Positions 1 to 10,072 of a DNA stretch of 64,000 nucleotides are shown piece by piece (within the stretch, counting starts at the first letter, position 1; each line of letters begins with the position of its first letter). The stretch comes from Bacillota bacterium (lineage in GTDB: Bacteria; Bacillota; Clostridia; Christensenellales; SZUA-584), in the NCBI GenBank assembly GCA_023428025.1, contig JAEYZN010000031.1:8948-72947 (forward strand). Reading direction: 5' to 3'. Both the position numbers and the translations under genes were made by a program. Below the pieces are notes generated by a model, which was given only the letters and a program-made list of their open reading frames with translations, was not told the DNA's origin and ran no database searches.

Positions 1-175
1 GGACATAGCCGTCTTCCTGAGCAAACAGGAACACGATGCCGCTGCTGTTGCGCACGGCGGGAAAGCCGTACAGCTCACACCTTTCCCAGGCCAGCAGTTC
101 CGCGTAAAAATCGCGCAGCTTTATCCCGTCATCACAATCCACCATGACATTGCCCAGACAGACTTCCCGTTTCAT
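1..175 (-). CDS. VOC/glyoxalase-like domain protein, N-terminal part only (gene runs off the window start)
   Basis: Absent from the ORF track because it is truncated. Hand translation from ATG 175-173 gives MKREVCLGNVMVDCDDGIKLRDFYAELLAWERCELYGFPAVRNSSGIVFLFAQEDGYV. AGGAGG lies at 183-188 (minus strand). The V.D..D....FY..LL.W pattern resembles glyoxalase-like VOC folds; the family call is from motif memory only. Confidence 0.4.
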   Translation of the reverse strand, partial: MKREVCLGNVMVDCDDGIKLRDFYAELLAWERCELYGFPAVRNSSGIVFLFAQEDGYV

Positions 176-476
176 CATTCCCCCTCCTGACAGATTGGAT
201 TATACAAGTACGGCTATCAGAATAATACAATTCTGTATGAATAAAGTCAATGAAAGCAGGGGGTACTGAAATCCTGTATAAGCCTGAAGGGAAAGATATA
301 ATGGGCAAAAGACCAGATAGAAAAATTCAGCAGCTTTTCACGGCTACTATGCTTTTGCAGAGAGGATCGGCTATACAGTCAGGAATACTAATTCTGATGT
401 TAATGATAGGCTGAGGCCAATATCTCAGCCGACGTATGATATCTTGGAATAAAATAAAAGCGAGGGGCTCCATAGA

Positions 477-1919
477 ATGAAAAGAAATTTATTTATTAAA
501 ATAAAATTGGCTATTTATCCTCTGGTATTAATTGTTTGCCTATCTGCTTGCGCTCCAACACCTGAGAATCCATTGATCGTAAACAAGGGGGATGACCATT
601 TATCACAGCAACTGCTAGAATCAAATTCATCAGAAAAAATTTATAATATTGAATCAGATATTTGGAAAGAAAACTTTGATATTGGAAAAGATCAAGTCAA
701 TATTCCAATGAAAGTTCGTATAGACGCAAAAATATTAATTCCAAGTGTCAAAAAATTTCCTGTCGCCCTGATACAGCTTAAAGACTTTAATAAATCAGAT
801 TTAAAACGAGTGGCTGAAGGTTTTTTAGAGGGAAGCATCCGGATTGCTGATAACGGATATTTATCAAAAGAAGAATTGTCGGATATCATTATTAACATTA
901 AAAAAGATATTGCAGATTTAGAACAAGAGCCGGAATCCGAAGAAACAAACAGCGCCATTGAACAATTAAAAGCTTTTCTTCAAGAGTACGAAAAGCAGCT
1001 GTCAAATTATAAGGAATTTGATGAAATACCAGAGATAAATTGGGATACCTTATCTGACAGCGTTAACAATATAGCGTTGACTTCAGTTAATAATAATAAA
1101 ACCTCAGTGCTTATGCAAAACTCTGGTACAAGTACGGAAAGCTTTATGGCTTGCTATAGGGGAAAATATCAGTATTTAACTGAAAAGGGGTATGATTCAA
1201 TAATGGATTATTATCCTTATGAGGATGCAGAACCAAAAGGCGTAAGCATCAGTATCGATAAAGCCAAGAGTATTGCAGATAATCAATTAAGTAAAATGGG
1301 TATTGATAATATGGATTATTATGGATATAGCATCAGGCCAAAACAAAATGTTTATGAACCAACTGAAAGCAATGAACAATGTTTTGTTTTGCATTATACC
1401 AGAACCATTCAGGGGGCACCCACCACTTATACAAATTTGTGGGCGCAATACAGTGGGGAATATGATGAATTGTGGAACTATGAGTTCATGTCATTCTATA
1501 TAGATGATACGGGTATATTGGCGTTCACATGGGATAACCCCAAAGACGTAACTCAAATTATAAATACGAACGTAAAGCTTCTTCCTTTTGAAAATATCAA
1601 GCAGATATTCAGAGACCAGATAAGGATTAGAAATAAATGGCTGGATGAACGGGTGGGATATTATGATGAAACAGATTTAAGCATTACAAGAGTTGAACTT
1701 GGAATGATGGTCATAAAATCTAAAGATACCCAAAATGAATATCTCGCAGTGCCTGTTTGGGATTTTTTTGGAGCCTATAGCACAGTGAGATCAGACAAAG
1801 CCGTTGAGGAGTATAATTTGGACAGCAAGTACGAAGATAACAGGATTTTTAATATGGTGAGTTATTTGACCATAAACGCGGTAGATGGCAGCGTCATCGA
1901 TAGGAGTAATGGATTCTAG
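477..1919 (+). CDS. hypothetical lipoprotein (AT-rich, compositionally foreign)
   Basis: 480-aa ORF. Signal peptide plus lipobox LIVCLSAC/AP. AT-rich codon usage unlike the GC-rich neighbours. No family recognised. Confidence 0.6.
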   Translation: MKRNLFIKIKLAIYPLVLIVCLSACAPTPENPLIVNKGDDHLSQQLLESNSSEKIYNIESDIWKENFDIGKDQVNIPMKVRIDAKILIPSVKKFPVALIQLKDFNKSDLKRVAEGFLEGSIRIADNGYLSKEELSDIIINIKKDIADLEQEPESEETNSAIEQLKAFLQEYEKQLSNYKEFDEIPEINWDTLSDSVNNIALTSVNNNKTSVLMQNSGTSTESFMACYRGKYQYLTEKGYDSIMDYYPYEDAEPKGVSISIDKAKSIADNQLSKMGIDNMDYYGYSIRPKQNVYEPTESNEQCFVLHYTRTIQGAPTTYTNLWAQYSGEYDELWNYEFMSFYIDDTGILAFTWDNPKDVTQIINTNVKLLPFENIKQIFRDQIRIRNKWLDERVGYYDETDLSITRVELGMMVIKSKDTQNEYLAVPVWDFFGAYSTVRSDKAVEEYNLDSKYEDNRIFNMVSYLTINAVDGSVIDRSNGF

Positions 1920-1940
1920 CATCCGTATAATAATGCTTGA

Positions 1941-1975
1941 GATATCGCGAACCGGTAAAATCGATTCGCGATATC
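1941..1975. repeat. palindromic motif, copy A (gATATCGCGAAccggtaaaatcgaTTCGCGATATc)
   Basis: Perfect 11-bp arms at 1941-1951 and 1965-1975. The 33-nt core at 1942-1974 recurs at 13705-13737 with 32/33 identity in the same orientation. Confidence 0.85.
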
Positions 1976-2049
1976 GGTTGCGGCAGAGTGCGTGCAGACC
2001 ATGCAGGATAAATGATAACCAAAAGCTTTGATAAATTGTTATCATGAGC

Positions 2050-2083
2050 AAGCCCGGCACTTAATTCGCCGGGCTTGTTTTGT
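2050..2083 (+). terminator. intrinsic terminator after the lipoprotein gene
   Basis: 9-bp stem aagcccggc (2050-2058) / gccgggctt (2068-2076) with a 9-nt loop, followed by gttttgt. Confidence 0.6.
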
Positions 2084-2100
2084 GACGGCATGACGTCCGA

Positions 2101-3132
2101 CTATTGCTCGGGCTCCAGCCTTTTCACGGAATCGCGGATGATCAGCTCGGTGGCCACTTCGATATTGAGATGATAGCTGTCGGCTTTTTCTATCTTGTCG
2201 ATCAGGCGGGACGCGGCGATGGCGCCGAAATAATGCTTGATCTGGATGGTGGTGATGGGGGGATCAAGCTCGGACATGAGCGCAATATCGTCGAAACCCA
2301 CGAGGGAGAAGTCGTTGGGGACCGAGAGGCCTTTTTTCTTGATGGCTCTTAAAGCGCCGGCCACGTTGTAGTCCAGATCCGTCAGGAAAACGGTCGGCAG
2401 GCTGTCGGCCGGGGTCTCGAGTATCTTCAGGAAATCGGCGCACGCGCCGTCGATCGTGCAGGTGACGTTGAACACATAGCCGGGGTTGTATTCGAGGTTT
2501 TTAAACTGCAGCCCCTCGAGATATCCGAAATAACGGTCGTCGAAGTTGTTGATGCGTGTTTTGCTTTTCAGAAATCCGATGCGGCGGTGGCCCAGGCTGT
2601 AAACATAATCGACGGCATTGGAGACGGCGTTCCGGTTGGCCAGGGTGACCATGTCGTAATTCTCGACAGGAAATCGGGCGTCGAAGATGACGATAGGCTT
2701 ATCAAGGGAATCGTATATGCCGAGCTCGCTTTCGGGAAGCTCGGTGGCATACAAAATGACACCGGCAACCTTGTCCCGCGAGAGGGATTCCAGAAGCAGT
2801 TCCTTGCTCATGCCGGAATTATAGTATGTGATCTCCAACTGATAGTTGTTGAGCACGGCGACGGACTGGATATCGTCAATGACATCCTGAAAGAAAATGG
2901 TGGGGATAAACAGCTGCTTCTGGGCCTTGTGGACGACAAGAACGATGACGCCCTTGACATTGGCGGGGTTGTCGTCCGTGCTGAACTTGCCGCTGGCGTA
3001 ATACTCCTCCAGTATCGCGAACACCTTGTTTTTGGTTTCCGCGCTGACGCCGGGTTTGTTATTGATGGCGAGAGAGACGGTGGAGGGCGAGATATTGAGC
3101 ATTTTTGCAATGTCTTTTGATTTTAAAAGCAA
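2101..3132 (-). CDS. LacI/GalR-family transcriptional regulator
   Basis: 343 aa. N-terminal HTH KDIAKMLNISPSTVSLAINNKPGVSAETKNKV plus a periplasmic-binding-like C-domain. TTG start at 3132 preceded by GGAGGA. Confidence 0.85.
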   Translation of the reverse strand: MLLKSKDIAKMLNISPSTVSLAINNKPGVSAETKNKVFAILEEYYASGKFSTDDNPANVKGVIVLVVHKAQKQLFIPTIFFQDVIDDIQSVAVLNNYQLEITYYNSGMSKELLLESLSRDKVAGVILYATELPESELGIYDSLDKPIVIFDARFPVENYDMVTLANRNAVSNAVDYVYSLGHRRIGFLKSKTRINNFDDRYFGYLEGLQFKNLEYNPGYVFNVTCTIDGACADFLKILETPADSLPTVFLTDLDYNVAGALRAIKKKGLSVPNDFSLVGFDDIALMSELDPPITTIQIKHYFGAIAASRLIDKIEKADSYHLNIEVATELIIRDSVKRLEPEQ

Positions 3133-3418
3133 CTTTTCCTCCGCATTTATACTTCAGGCCAATGGCAGCCCAAGCATCTAAATTAATTTTTATTGAATCA
3201 GAGGCATGTCCGGCTGATCCGTCAGCTTGCCGTCTGGAAAGGGTCGGGTGAAAATTTAAAACATGCCCAGAATTCAATAATATTATTTAATTAGTGGCAT
3301 GTCAATATCGAGAAGACATGGAACGGCAGGCTTCGGGTTTGCCCGGTGGCACATGCCCCGCAAAAACGGCAGGGCATGTGCGGGCAAGTTGGAGATGGCG
3401 GCGCCGGAGGAAACGGGA

Positions 3419-4441
3419 TCACTGGATTTTCAACATGACCTTGAGGCACTCGCCGGGATGGGCAATCGTCCATTCGACGGCCTGCTGCACATCGTCCAGA
3501 TCGAACACCTTGCCGCGCATGACCGCAAGATTCAGGGATTTATCATCAATAAGCTTGGCGGCTTCCGCAAAGTCCGTCGGCGTATACTGGTATGCGCCGA
3601 ATATGCGGAGTTCACGGTCTTCGACCCGGAACATATCCGTGGCGGGGCGTTTGGTGAACACGGCCAGCAGTACGACAACGCCACGGGTCTCGGTAAATTC
3701 GATGCAGTTGGCCAGGCTGTTTTCGTGGCCGGCGCATTCAAACGAGACTTCAACCTTATCGGCACCGGTATGCGCGCGGATAATGGCTTTGAAATCGTCT
3801 TTGGCCGGGTTGATCGGTATCATGCCCAGCTTTTCCACCACCTCCAGGCGGTTTTCCATAAGATCGGTCACGAACACCTGGGCGGCGCCCAGGTGCCTGG
3901 CATATTGCGCAGTGAGCAGGCCGATGGTGCCTGCGCCGGTGACCAGAACCGTTTTGCCGGCGATGCCCTCGGGCGCCAGTTTAACGCCGTGCACGGCGAC
4001 CGCCAGCGGCTCCGCCATGGCGGCGTCCATCAGATCGTCGTTGTTTTTGAATGTGATCACATTGCCGGCGGCGGCCACATAATATTGTGCGGTTCCACCA
4101 TCGTAGAAGCGCTCCTCCGGACAAAGAGCCAGATTTCCCTTCTTATCCAGACACCATTTGCATTTCCCGCAGCTCCTTACGGGCTGGATCGTGGCGGGGA
4201 CGCCAAGCTCAAAGCCTTCTACGCCGTCGCCGATTTCATCTACGTAACCGGAAAATTCATGCCCCAATACGATGGGAAAGGCATCTTTGAGAGTGGGGTG
4301 CTGGTTTTCAAAAATGTGCAGATCGGACCCGCAGAGGCCGTTATATATGACTTTGATGCGGACCTCGCCGGAGCCGGCGTGCGGCTCTGCCACATTTTCG
4401 ATTCTGTACTGGCGCGTACCTATCAATGTTGCTCTTTTCAA
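3419..4441 (-). CDS. Zn-dependent medium-chain alcohol/polyol dehydrogenase (sorbitol/threonine-DH-like)
   Basis: 340 aa. Motifs GLCGSDLH, GHEFSG, structural-Zn cluster CGKCKWC and Rossmann GAGTIG. TTG start preceded by GGAGG. Confidence 0.85.
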   Translation of the reverse strand: MKRATLIGTRQYRIENVAEPHAGSGEVRIKVIYNGLCGSDLHIFENQHPTLKDAFPIVLGHEFSGYVDEIGDGVEGFELGVPATIQPVRSCGKCKWCLDKKGNLALCPEERFYDGGTAQYYVAAAGNVITFKNNDDLMDAAMAEPLAVAVHGVKLAPEGIAGKTVLVTGAGTIGLLTAQYARHLGAAQVFVTDLMENRLEVVEKLGMIPINPAKDDFKAIIRAHTGADKVEVSFECAGHENSLANCIEFTETRGVVVLLAVFTKRPATDMFRVEDRELRIFGAYQYTPTDFAEAAKLIDDKSLNLAVMRGKVFDLDDVQQAVEWTIAHPGECLKVMLKIQ

Positions 4442-4932
4442 TTGATCCTGCCTCCTTGAATATTGATGATTTTGTGACGGGGCGATTCGCCGGTTGGTTG
4501 ATGCTGACGTTCTTTATAGAAAATAATTAGTATCTATTAAAAATATATAAAAATAAATTATACAAGTCAATAGAAAATTTAAATTAAATTTAAATGATGT
4601 ATTGACACGTGGGGGTGTATGAATATATACTTAGACCACAAAAACAAAAAATGTGACCAATAATCGAAAAGACAAAACAAAAAAACCATATTAAAATAGT
4701 TGTGATTACCCTGAATTAGGAAAAGAACACTTTTTTGAAGCAAACAAGGCCCGATATCAACAGATCAATAAGAAATAATAGCCTGCTGATGGACAGTTAT
4801 TGAGCGGAGTCGTTTACTAAAAATATAAAAATAATTGAAATATTGCCCTGGTTACTTAAAGCATGATTATAAGCTTGGCGAAACATTCTCTTTTCGCCAT
4901 GTAATAAAGGAAAATATATCAAGGAGGCAACC

Positions 4933-6030
4933 ATGAAGAAAGTATTATGTACTGTACTCGTTATCGTGCTTGTTGTCGCGATGCTTGCGGCTTGCACGGC
5001 CCCCTCGGCCCCTCCGGCTACGGACTCTGAAGCGCCTGCATCAGAGCCTGCTGCTGCTGACGAGAACGCGGAACAACCCCCGGCTGAAGGGAACGATGAT
5101 TTCTTTGTCGGCCTGGCGTTTGGCGGACTGGACGCGACCCCGACCGTGCTGATGGGCTATCTGACGGAGAAGATGGACGCGCTTGGCTGGAAATATGTCG
5201 TCACCAACGGAGACCTCGACATGAACAAGTACCTGGCGGATGTGGAAAGCTTGTGCCAGCAGAAGCCCGACATGATCATGACCCGCCCGGTAAACGACAC
5301 CGCCAACGCCAGCATCGTGCCGATTTGCGATGCCGCGAAGATTCCCGTTGCATTTATGTCCAGTGCGACGGTCGTGGAAGGCTATGATTACCTGGGGCAC
5401 GTGAGCGACCCGGAGCTTATCCGCGGGGTGCCGCTTGGCAACTGGATCGCCGACTATGTTGAAAGCAACGCCGGCTTCGTTCCCAGGATCGGCATCATCG
5501 TGGGCGCTGCCGCCATCGATTCCAAGGGCGTTTGCGAAAGAACGATCGACGTTGTGGATACGCTGGACGCCAGGGGCGTGGATTATGAAGTGGTGATCTC
5601 CGCCGAGGCCGATCCGAACTGGTCTGCCGCGGGCGGCATGAAAGTGGCCGAGGACTGGCTGCAGAAATACCCGATCGGCGAACTCAACACGATTCTGTGC
5701 TGGAGCGACGAGATGTGCGTCGGCGTGGTGCAGGCGCTGCAGGCGGCCGGCAAGAACCCCGACGATTATCTGGTGCTGAGCTATGACGGGCTGCCGATCG
5801 TTGAGGATTACGTTAAGGAAGGCTGGATTGACGCCACTTCCGCTTTGGGCCTTGAGAAGCAGGCTGACGTGATCATCGAATTCTGCCGCAAGTTTAAGGA
5901 CGGCGAGCTGACCGACGCCGACTTCCAGACATATGCCCAGTCGATCTACGTGATGGACACCGGCAACATCGACGCTCTGCTGGGCGGCGGGCAGCCGGAA
6001 TACTGGGATTACTCCAGCGAGCAGTTCTAA
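4933..6030 (+). CDS. ABC sugar transporter substrate-binding lipoprotein
   Basis: 365 aa. Lipobox MLAAC/TAP, an Ala/Pro/Glu-rich linker, then a type-I periplasmic sugar-binding-like body. AAGGAGG precedes the ATG. First gene of the SBP-ATPase-permease set. Confidence 0.75.
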   Translation: MKKVLCTVLVIVLVVAMLAACTAPSAPPATDSEAPASEPAAADENAEQPPAEGNDDFFVGLAFGGLDATPTVLMGYLTEKMDALGWKYVVTNGDLDMNKYLADVESLCQQKPDMIMTRPVNDTANASIVPICDAAKIPVAFMSSATVVEGYDYLGHVSDPELIRGVPLGNWIADYVESNAGFVPRIGIIVGAAAIDSKGVCERTIDVVDTLDARGVDYEVVISAEADPNWSAAGGMKVAEDWLQKYPIGELNTILCWSDEMCVGVVQALQAAGKNPDDYLVLSYDGLPIVEDYVKEGWIDATSALGLEKQADVIIEFCRKFKDGELTDADFQTYAQSIYVMDTGNIDALLGGGQPEYWDYSSEQF

Positions 6031-6134
6031 AGAAACGGCAACACACTTGAAAGAGTCTTTTCACTCACGACCCCCGGGGGATATAGCCCCCCGGGGATTG
6101 ATGAGTATTAATGCGTTGGAGGTGAACGGCAACT

Positions 6135-7685
6135 GTGGAACAGCAAATGCTCTTTGAAATGAAAAACATCACGAAGATGTTCCCCGGCGTTTTGGCTTTA
6201 TCTGATGTGGATTTGTATTTAAATAAGGGCGAGGTGCTGGCGATCGTGGGCGAGAACGGCGCCGGAAAATCCACTCTTATGAACATCATTCTGGGCAGTT
6301 TAAGACCCGAAAAAGGCGAAATGATTTTTAAGGGGAAACCCTTTACACCGAAGAATCCGGCAGAGGCGCTGGCGGCGGGCATTTCCATGATCCATCAGGA
6401 ACTGACGCTGGTGCCGGAGATGACGGTATCCGAGAACATCTGGCTGGGACAGGAGAAGAAGTTTCAGATCGGCGGGTGGATGAGCATCCCCAGGCGGGAC
6501 GAGGCCACAAAAAAGCTTTTGAATGATTTGAAGATTGACATCAACCCCCGCAAGAAGGTGAAGGACCTGGCGGTGGCGGAGATGCAGCTGGTGGAGATTG
6601 CCCGCGCGGTTTCGCGCGAATCGGACGTCATCATCATGGATGAACCCACCTCTTCGCTGACAAACCGCGAAATCGATATGCTCTACGACATCATCCGGTC
6701 GTTGTCACAGAAGGGCATCTCGGTGACATTCATCACGCATAAGCTGGGAGAGGTTTTTGCCATTTGTGACAACGTGATGATTATGCGGGACGGCCATCTC
6801 ATCGACAGAAAGCCGGTCGGCGACATCACGAGCGACGAGATGATCGCCAAGATGGTGGGCCGGGATATGTCGAACCTTTATCCGAAGGAAGCGGCACAGA
6901 TCGGCGATGTGGTGCTGGACGTGAGGAACCTGACCCGCAAAGGCTTCTTCAGCGACATCAGCTTCAAGGTGCGCAAGGGCGAAATACTCGGCTTCTGCGG
7001 CCTGGTGAAAGCCGGGCGGTCTGAGGTGATGGAATGCCTGTTTGGCATCGAGAGGCCGGATGGCGGCGAGGTGTATCTGAACGGCAGGAAGCTGCGGGTG
7101 GCGTCGACGGGCGATGCCATTGCGCATAAGATGGCGATGGTGACGGAAGACCGCCTGCGCCGCGGACTGATCCATATCCATTCGGTCAAAAAGAACATCG
7201 CGCTGGCGTATCTGCCCAGGATCACGAAGGGCGGCTTTGTGGATATAAAACAGGAAGAAGAGGACTGCCAGCGGGTCAAAGCGGCGACCGGCATCAAGGC
7301 GTCCAACCTGAACCAGCTGGCCGGGCAGCTCTCAGGCGGCAACCAGCAGAAGGTGATCATCGCCAAATGGCTGCTGACGGAGTCTGAGGTGTTCATATTC
7401 GACGAGCCGACGCGCGGCATCGACGTCGGGTCCAAGGCGGAGATATACAAGCTGATGTGCAGCCTGGCAAAGGAAGGCAAGGCCATCATCATGGTGTCGT
7501 CGGAACTGCCGGAGATCATGGCGATGAGCGACCGGATGATCATCATGGCGCACGGCAGGCAGATGGCGGAGCTGAGCCGGAGCGAGTACGACGAGAACAG
7601 GATCATGCATTTTGCGTTCGGGTACGACGATTCCAAAAAGAATGAAGAGGTAAACACAAATGGGACAGAATCTAAGTGTAGCTGA
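6135..7685 (+). CDS. sugar ABC transporter ATP-binding protein (duplicated NBD, RbsA/MglA type)
   Basis: 516 aa. Walker A GENGAGKST, Walker B IIMDEPTS, second-half LSGGNQQKV and FIFDEPTRGIDV. The start is GTG 6135 (GGAGG upstream) or ATG 6147. Confidence 0.9.
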   Translation: MEQQMLFEMKNITKMFPGVLALSDVDLYLNKGEVLAIVGENGAGKSTLMNIILGSLRPEKGEMIFKGKPFTPKNPAEALAAGISMIHQELTLVPEMTVSENIWLGQEKKFQIGGWMSIPRRDEATKKLLNDLKIDINPRKKVKDLAVAEMQLVEIARAVSRESDVIIMDEPTSSLTNREIDMLYDIIRSLSQKGISVTFITHKLGEVFAICDNVMIMRDGHLIDRKPVGDITSDEMIAKMVGRDMSNLYPKEAAQIGDVVLDVRNLTRKGFFSDISFKVRKGEILGFCGLVKAGRSEVMECLFGIERPDGGEVYLNGRKLRVASTGDAIAHKMAMVTEDRLRRGLIHIHSVKKNIALAYLPRITKGGFVDIKQEEEDCQRVKAATGIKASNLNQLAGQLSGGNQQKVIIAKWLLTESEVFIFDEPTRGIDVGSKAEIYKLMCSLAKEGKAIIMVSSELPEIMAMSDRMIIMAHGRQMAELSRSEYDENRIMHFAFGYDDSKKNEEVNTNGTESKCS

Positions 7686-8664
7686 AAATAAGAGAAGATT
7701 GGGCAAAGGCAACGGACTGATGCTGCTGCTCGACAACAAAAGCTTGATATTGTTGATATTCATCTGCATTCTGGCACAAATCGTTTCGGGCGGCATCTTC
7801 TTCAGGGGCGACAACATCTCGTCGGTATTGCGGCAGACCGCCGTGACCAGCATCATGGCCATGGGATACGTCTTTGTGCTGACCAACGGCATGATCGACC
7901 TTTCAACCGGGCACATGCTCAGCCTGTGCGGCATCGTGTACTCGCAGGTGTCTTTTATAGCGCCGGTGGGGGTGGCCATGCTGGCCGCCATAGGCGCCGG
8001 TTTGCTGTGCGGGCTGATCAACGGCATCCTGTCCATCAAGCTCAATCTCATCCCCTTCATCCTCACGCTGGGCACCGCGCAAATATGGCGGGGCATCGCT
8101 TACCTGCTGTGCGACGGTATTTCGGTGAACATCACAGACGAGACCATCAAATACGTCGGCCAGGGCATACTGTTCGGCTTCCTGCCGATGACGGTCGTCA
8201 TCGTTGTTTTGCTGACCGTGATCACCGCGATCGTCGTCTATCGCATGAGATACGGCCGGCATGTGATCGCGACCGGCGGCAACCCGGAAGCGGCGCGCGT
8301 GTCCGGCGTCAATATCCACTTAACGAAGATCATCGCCTTCATCATCATGGGATTTACGGTATCGCTTGCGGGTATCGTGCTGACAGGCCGCGTCGCCATC
8401 GCGATGCCGAACGGCGGCCAGGGCATGGAGATGGATGCGATCTCGGCGGTAATTATCGGCGGCACGTCCCTCTCGGGCGGCAAGGCGAACGTGCTGGGCG
8501 TCATATTCGGCGCGCTGATACTCGGCGCGATCAGCAACCTGCTGAACCTTGCGGGCTTAAGTTCGTTCTGGCAGTGGTTTTTCAAGGGCGTCATCATCGT
8601 GGTGGCGATACTGCTTGACTCTGTCACTGAGAGGATATTCAAAAAACGTCAGCTTGCGGGCTAA
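7660..8664 (+). CDS. sugar ABC transporter permease (RbsC/AraH type)
   Basis: 334 aa and multi-TM. Contains the conserved TGGNPEAARVSGV block. Overlaps the ATPase stop. Confidence 0.85.
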   Translation: MGQNLSVAENKRRLGKGNGLMLLLDNKSLILLIFICILAQIVSGGIFFRGDNISSVLRQTAVTSIMAMGYVFVLTNGMIDLSTGHMLSLCGIVYSQVSFIAPVGVAMLAAIGAGLLCGLINGILSIKLNLIPFILTLGTAQIWRGIAYLLCDGISVNITDETIKYVGQGILFGFLPMTVVIVVLLTVITAIVVYRMRYGRHVIATGGNPEAARVSGVNIHLTKIIAFIIMGFTVSLAGIVLTGRVAIAMPNGGQGMEMDAISAVIIGGTSLSGGKANVLGVIFGALILGAISNLLNLAGLSSFWQWFFKGVIIVVAILLDSVTERIFKKRQLAG

Positions 8665-8688
8665 ATAAATGAAGGAGTGTGGAGTAAT

Positions 8689-9576
8689 ATGACCAGGTAT
8701 GGCACGATATTCAGCTATTGGTCCAGGGATTGGAAGACGGATTGGACGCAGGTGCTGCATAACGCGGCAAAGTCGGACATCAACTGCATCGAGTTTCATG
8801 TGAACCAGACCATGGACTGGCCGGAATCCAAGATCAGGGACTTTGTGTCGCTCGCCAATGATCTCGACATCGAGATACTGATGAACGGCGGCGTGGGCGA
8901 GAACGAAGTGACCTACAGCGACGACCCGAAGATCCGGCAGAATGGCATCGATCTGATCACAAGCTACCTGAAGCAGGCCGCAAGGTTTGGCGCGAAGTTT
9001 TTCGACGGCGGTTATTCGGAGAGCTGGCCGGTGAACCCGCCTGCCGTCATCAACGCCGACCTCAAGAAGCTGTATATGGACAGGGTGGCGGACAGCATTA
9101 AGGAGATGGTGAAGGTGGCGGCGGACCTTGGCATCACGATGGGCATGGAGATCGTGAACCGGTTTGAGGCGTTTCTGGTGAACACCGCCAAAGAGGCGCG
9201 GTATATCGCCGAGCGCGTGGACGCGCCCAACTTCAAGGTGACGATGGACACCTATCACCTGAACATCGAAGAGGACAGCATTGATGAAGCGGTGGACACG
9301 CTGGGCAAGAAGTATATCGGCCACGTGCATCTGGGTGAATCCAACAGAAGGCTGCCCGGACAGGGGACGCAGGTGGACTGGGATAAGGTGTTCGGCGGGC
9401 TGAAGCGTATCGGATACGGTGAGCGGCTGCTGCTGGAGCCGTTCACGATACCGTTCGGCACGGTGGGCAAATCGGTGTTTCTGTGGCGCGACCTGTCGAA
9501 CGGGGCGGGCGAAGAACAGCTCGTCAGGGAAATAAAGGAGTCCATCGCGTTCGTCAAAGCCAAATGGGAGGGCTGA
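8689..9576 (+). CDS. ketose 3-epimerase family enzyme (D-psicose/D-tagatose 3-epimerase-like TIM barrel)
   Basis: Blocks FSYW, MEIVNRFEAFLVNTA, MDTYHLNIEEDS, GHVHLGESNRRLPGQG and LEPF...WRDLS match, from memory, the Agrobacterium D-psicose 3-epimerase metal and active-site blocks. ATG 8689 is chosen over the ORF-track start 8677 because of GGAG spacing. Confidence 0.8.
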   Translation: MTRYGTIFSYWSRDWKTDWTQVLHNAAKSDINCIEFHVNQTMDWPESKIRDFVSLANDLDIEILMNGGVGENEVTYSDDPKIRQNGIDLITSYLKQAARFGAKFFDGGYSESWPVNPPAVINADLKKLYMDRVADSIKEMVKVAADLGITMGMEIVNRFEAFLVNTAKEARYIAERVDAPNFKVTMDTYHLNIEEDSIDEAVDTLGKKYIGHVHLGESNRRLPGQGTQVDWDKVFGGLKRIGYGERLLLEPFTIPFGTVGKSVFLWRDLSNGAGEEQLVREIKESIAFVKAKWEG

Positions 9577-9659
9577 CGCGGGACCAGGCCGGGCAAGACG
9601 TGCGTAGCCGCGCCGTTTGCTGCGCATCAACAACATACTTAAAATAGGGAGGAATGAGT

Positions 9660-10058
9660 ATGCCTGAAGTCACAGGATTGGGACACATCGGAATCTTTGT
9701 GGATGATGTTGAGGTCTCGAAGAAGTTCTATAAGGATATTTTGGGGCTCGAGTGTATTGAACAGTGCACGTTTGACGCGGATGGCAACACGTTTACCTGC
9801 GCGTTCGTCAAGAAGGGCAGCGTCTGCCTGGAGCTGGTCCAGCGGCGGATCGGCGCCAACCCGGGCGACGGCATGACGGACCACGTGGCGTTCGCGGTGG
9901 ACGACGTTGACGCTTTTCGCAAAGAGCTGGAGAAAAAGGGCATCGAGTTTGAAACGAAGGAGCAGATGTATTGCGCGGATATGTTCCCGAGCGGCACCAA
10001 GTGGGTATTCTTCCGCGGGCCGGACAACGAGCATATCGAACTGTGCCAAGTGCTGTAA
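9660..10058 (+). CDS. VOC/glyoxalase-family protein
   Basis: About 132 aa. GHIGIFVDDVEVSKKFYKDILGL ... DHVAFAVDDVDAF, a typical paired beta-alpha-beta-beta-beta module. ATG 9660 lies 6-7 nt after GGGAGGA. Confidence 0.75.
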   Translation: MPEVTGLGHIGIFVDDVEVSKKFYKDILGLECIEQCTFDADGNTFTCAFVKKGSVCLELVQRRIGANPGDGMTDHVAFAVDDVDAFRKELEKKGIEFETKEQMYCADMFPSGTKWVFFRGPDNEHIELCQVL

Positions 10059-10072
10059 GGAGGAATCAGGCA

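Noticed and set aside
303-455. Short frame reading AAFHGYYAFAERIGYTVRNTNSDVNDRLRPISQ, reminiscent of a LacI/PBP-type domain fragment.
   Set aside because: It covers only about 40 residues, begins after a stop codon and shows only a weak pattern. This is too little to support a pseudogene call.
3294-4459. Long plus-strand ORFs (262 and 386 aa) overlapping the alcohol dehydrogenase gene.
   Set aside because: They are antisense shadow ORFs of a GC-rich gene. Their composition is Arg/Ala/Gly-rich and low-complexity, they have no SD or motifs, and the minus-strand ORF carries clear MDR dehydrogenase motifs.
4442-4932. I searched the divergent ADH/SBP control region for a LacI-type operator. I found an AT-rich inverted repeat gtcaata(N27)tattgac (4566-4606), a tandem aaatttaaat repeat and a possible TTGACA/TATATA promoter (4602-4629).
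   Set aside because: No palindrome resembles the TGnAAnCGnTTnCA-type LacI/GalR operator. The promoter guess leaves a 300-nt leader and is unsupported.
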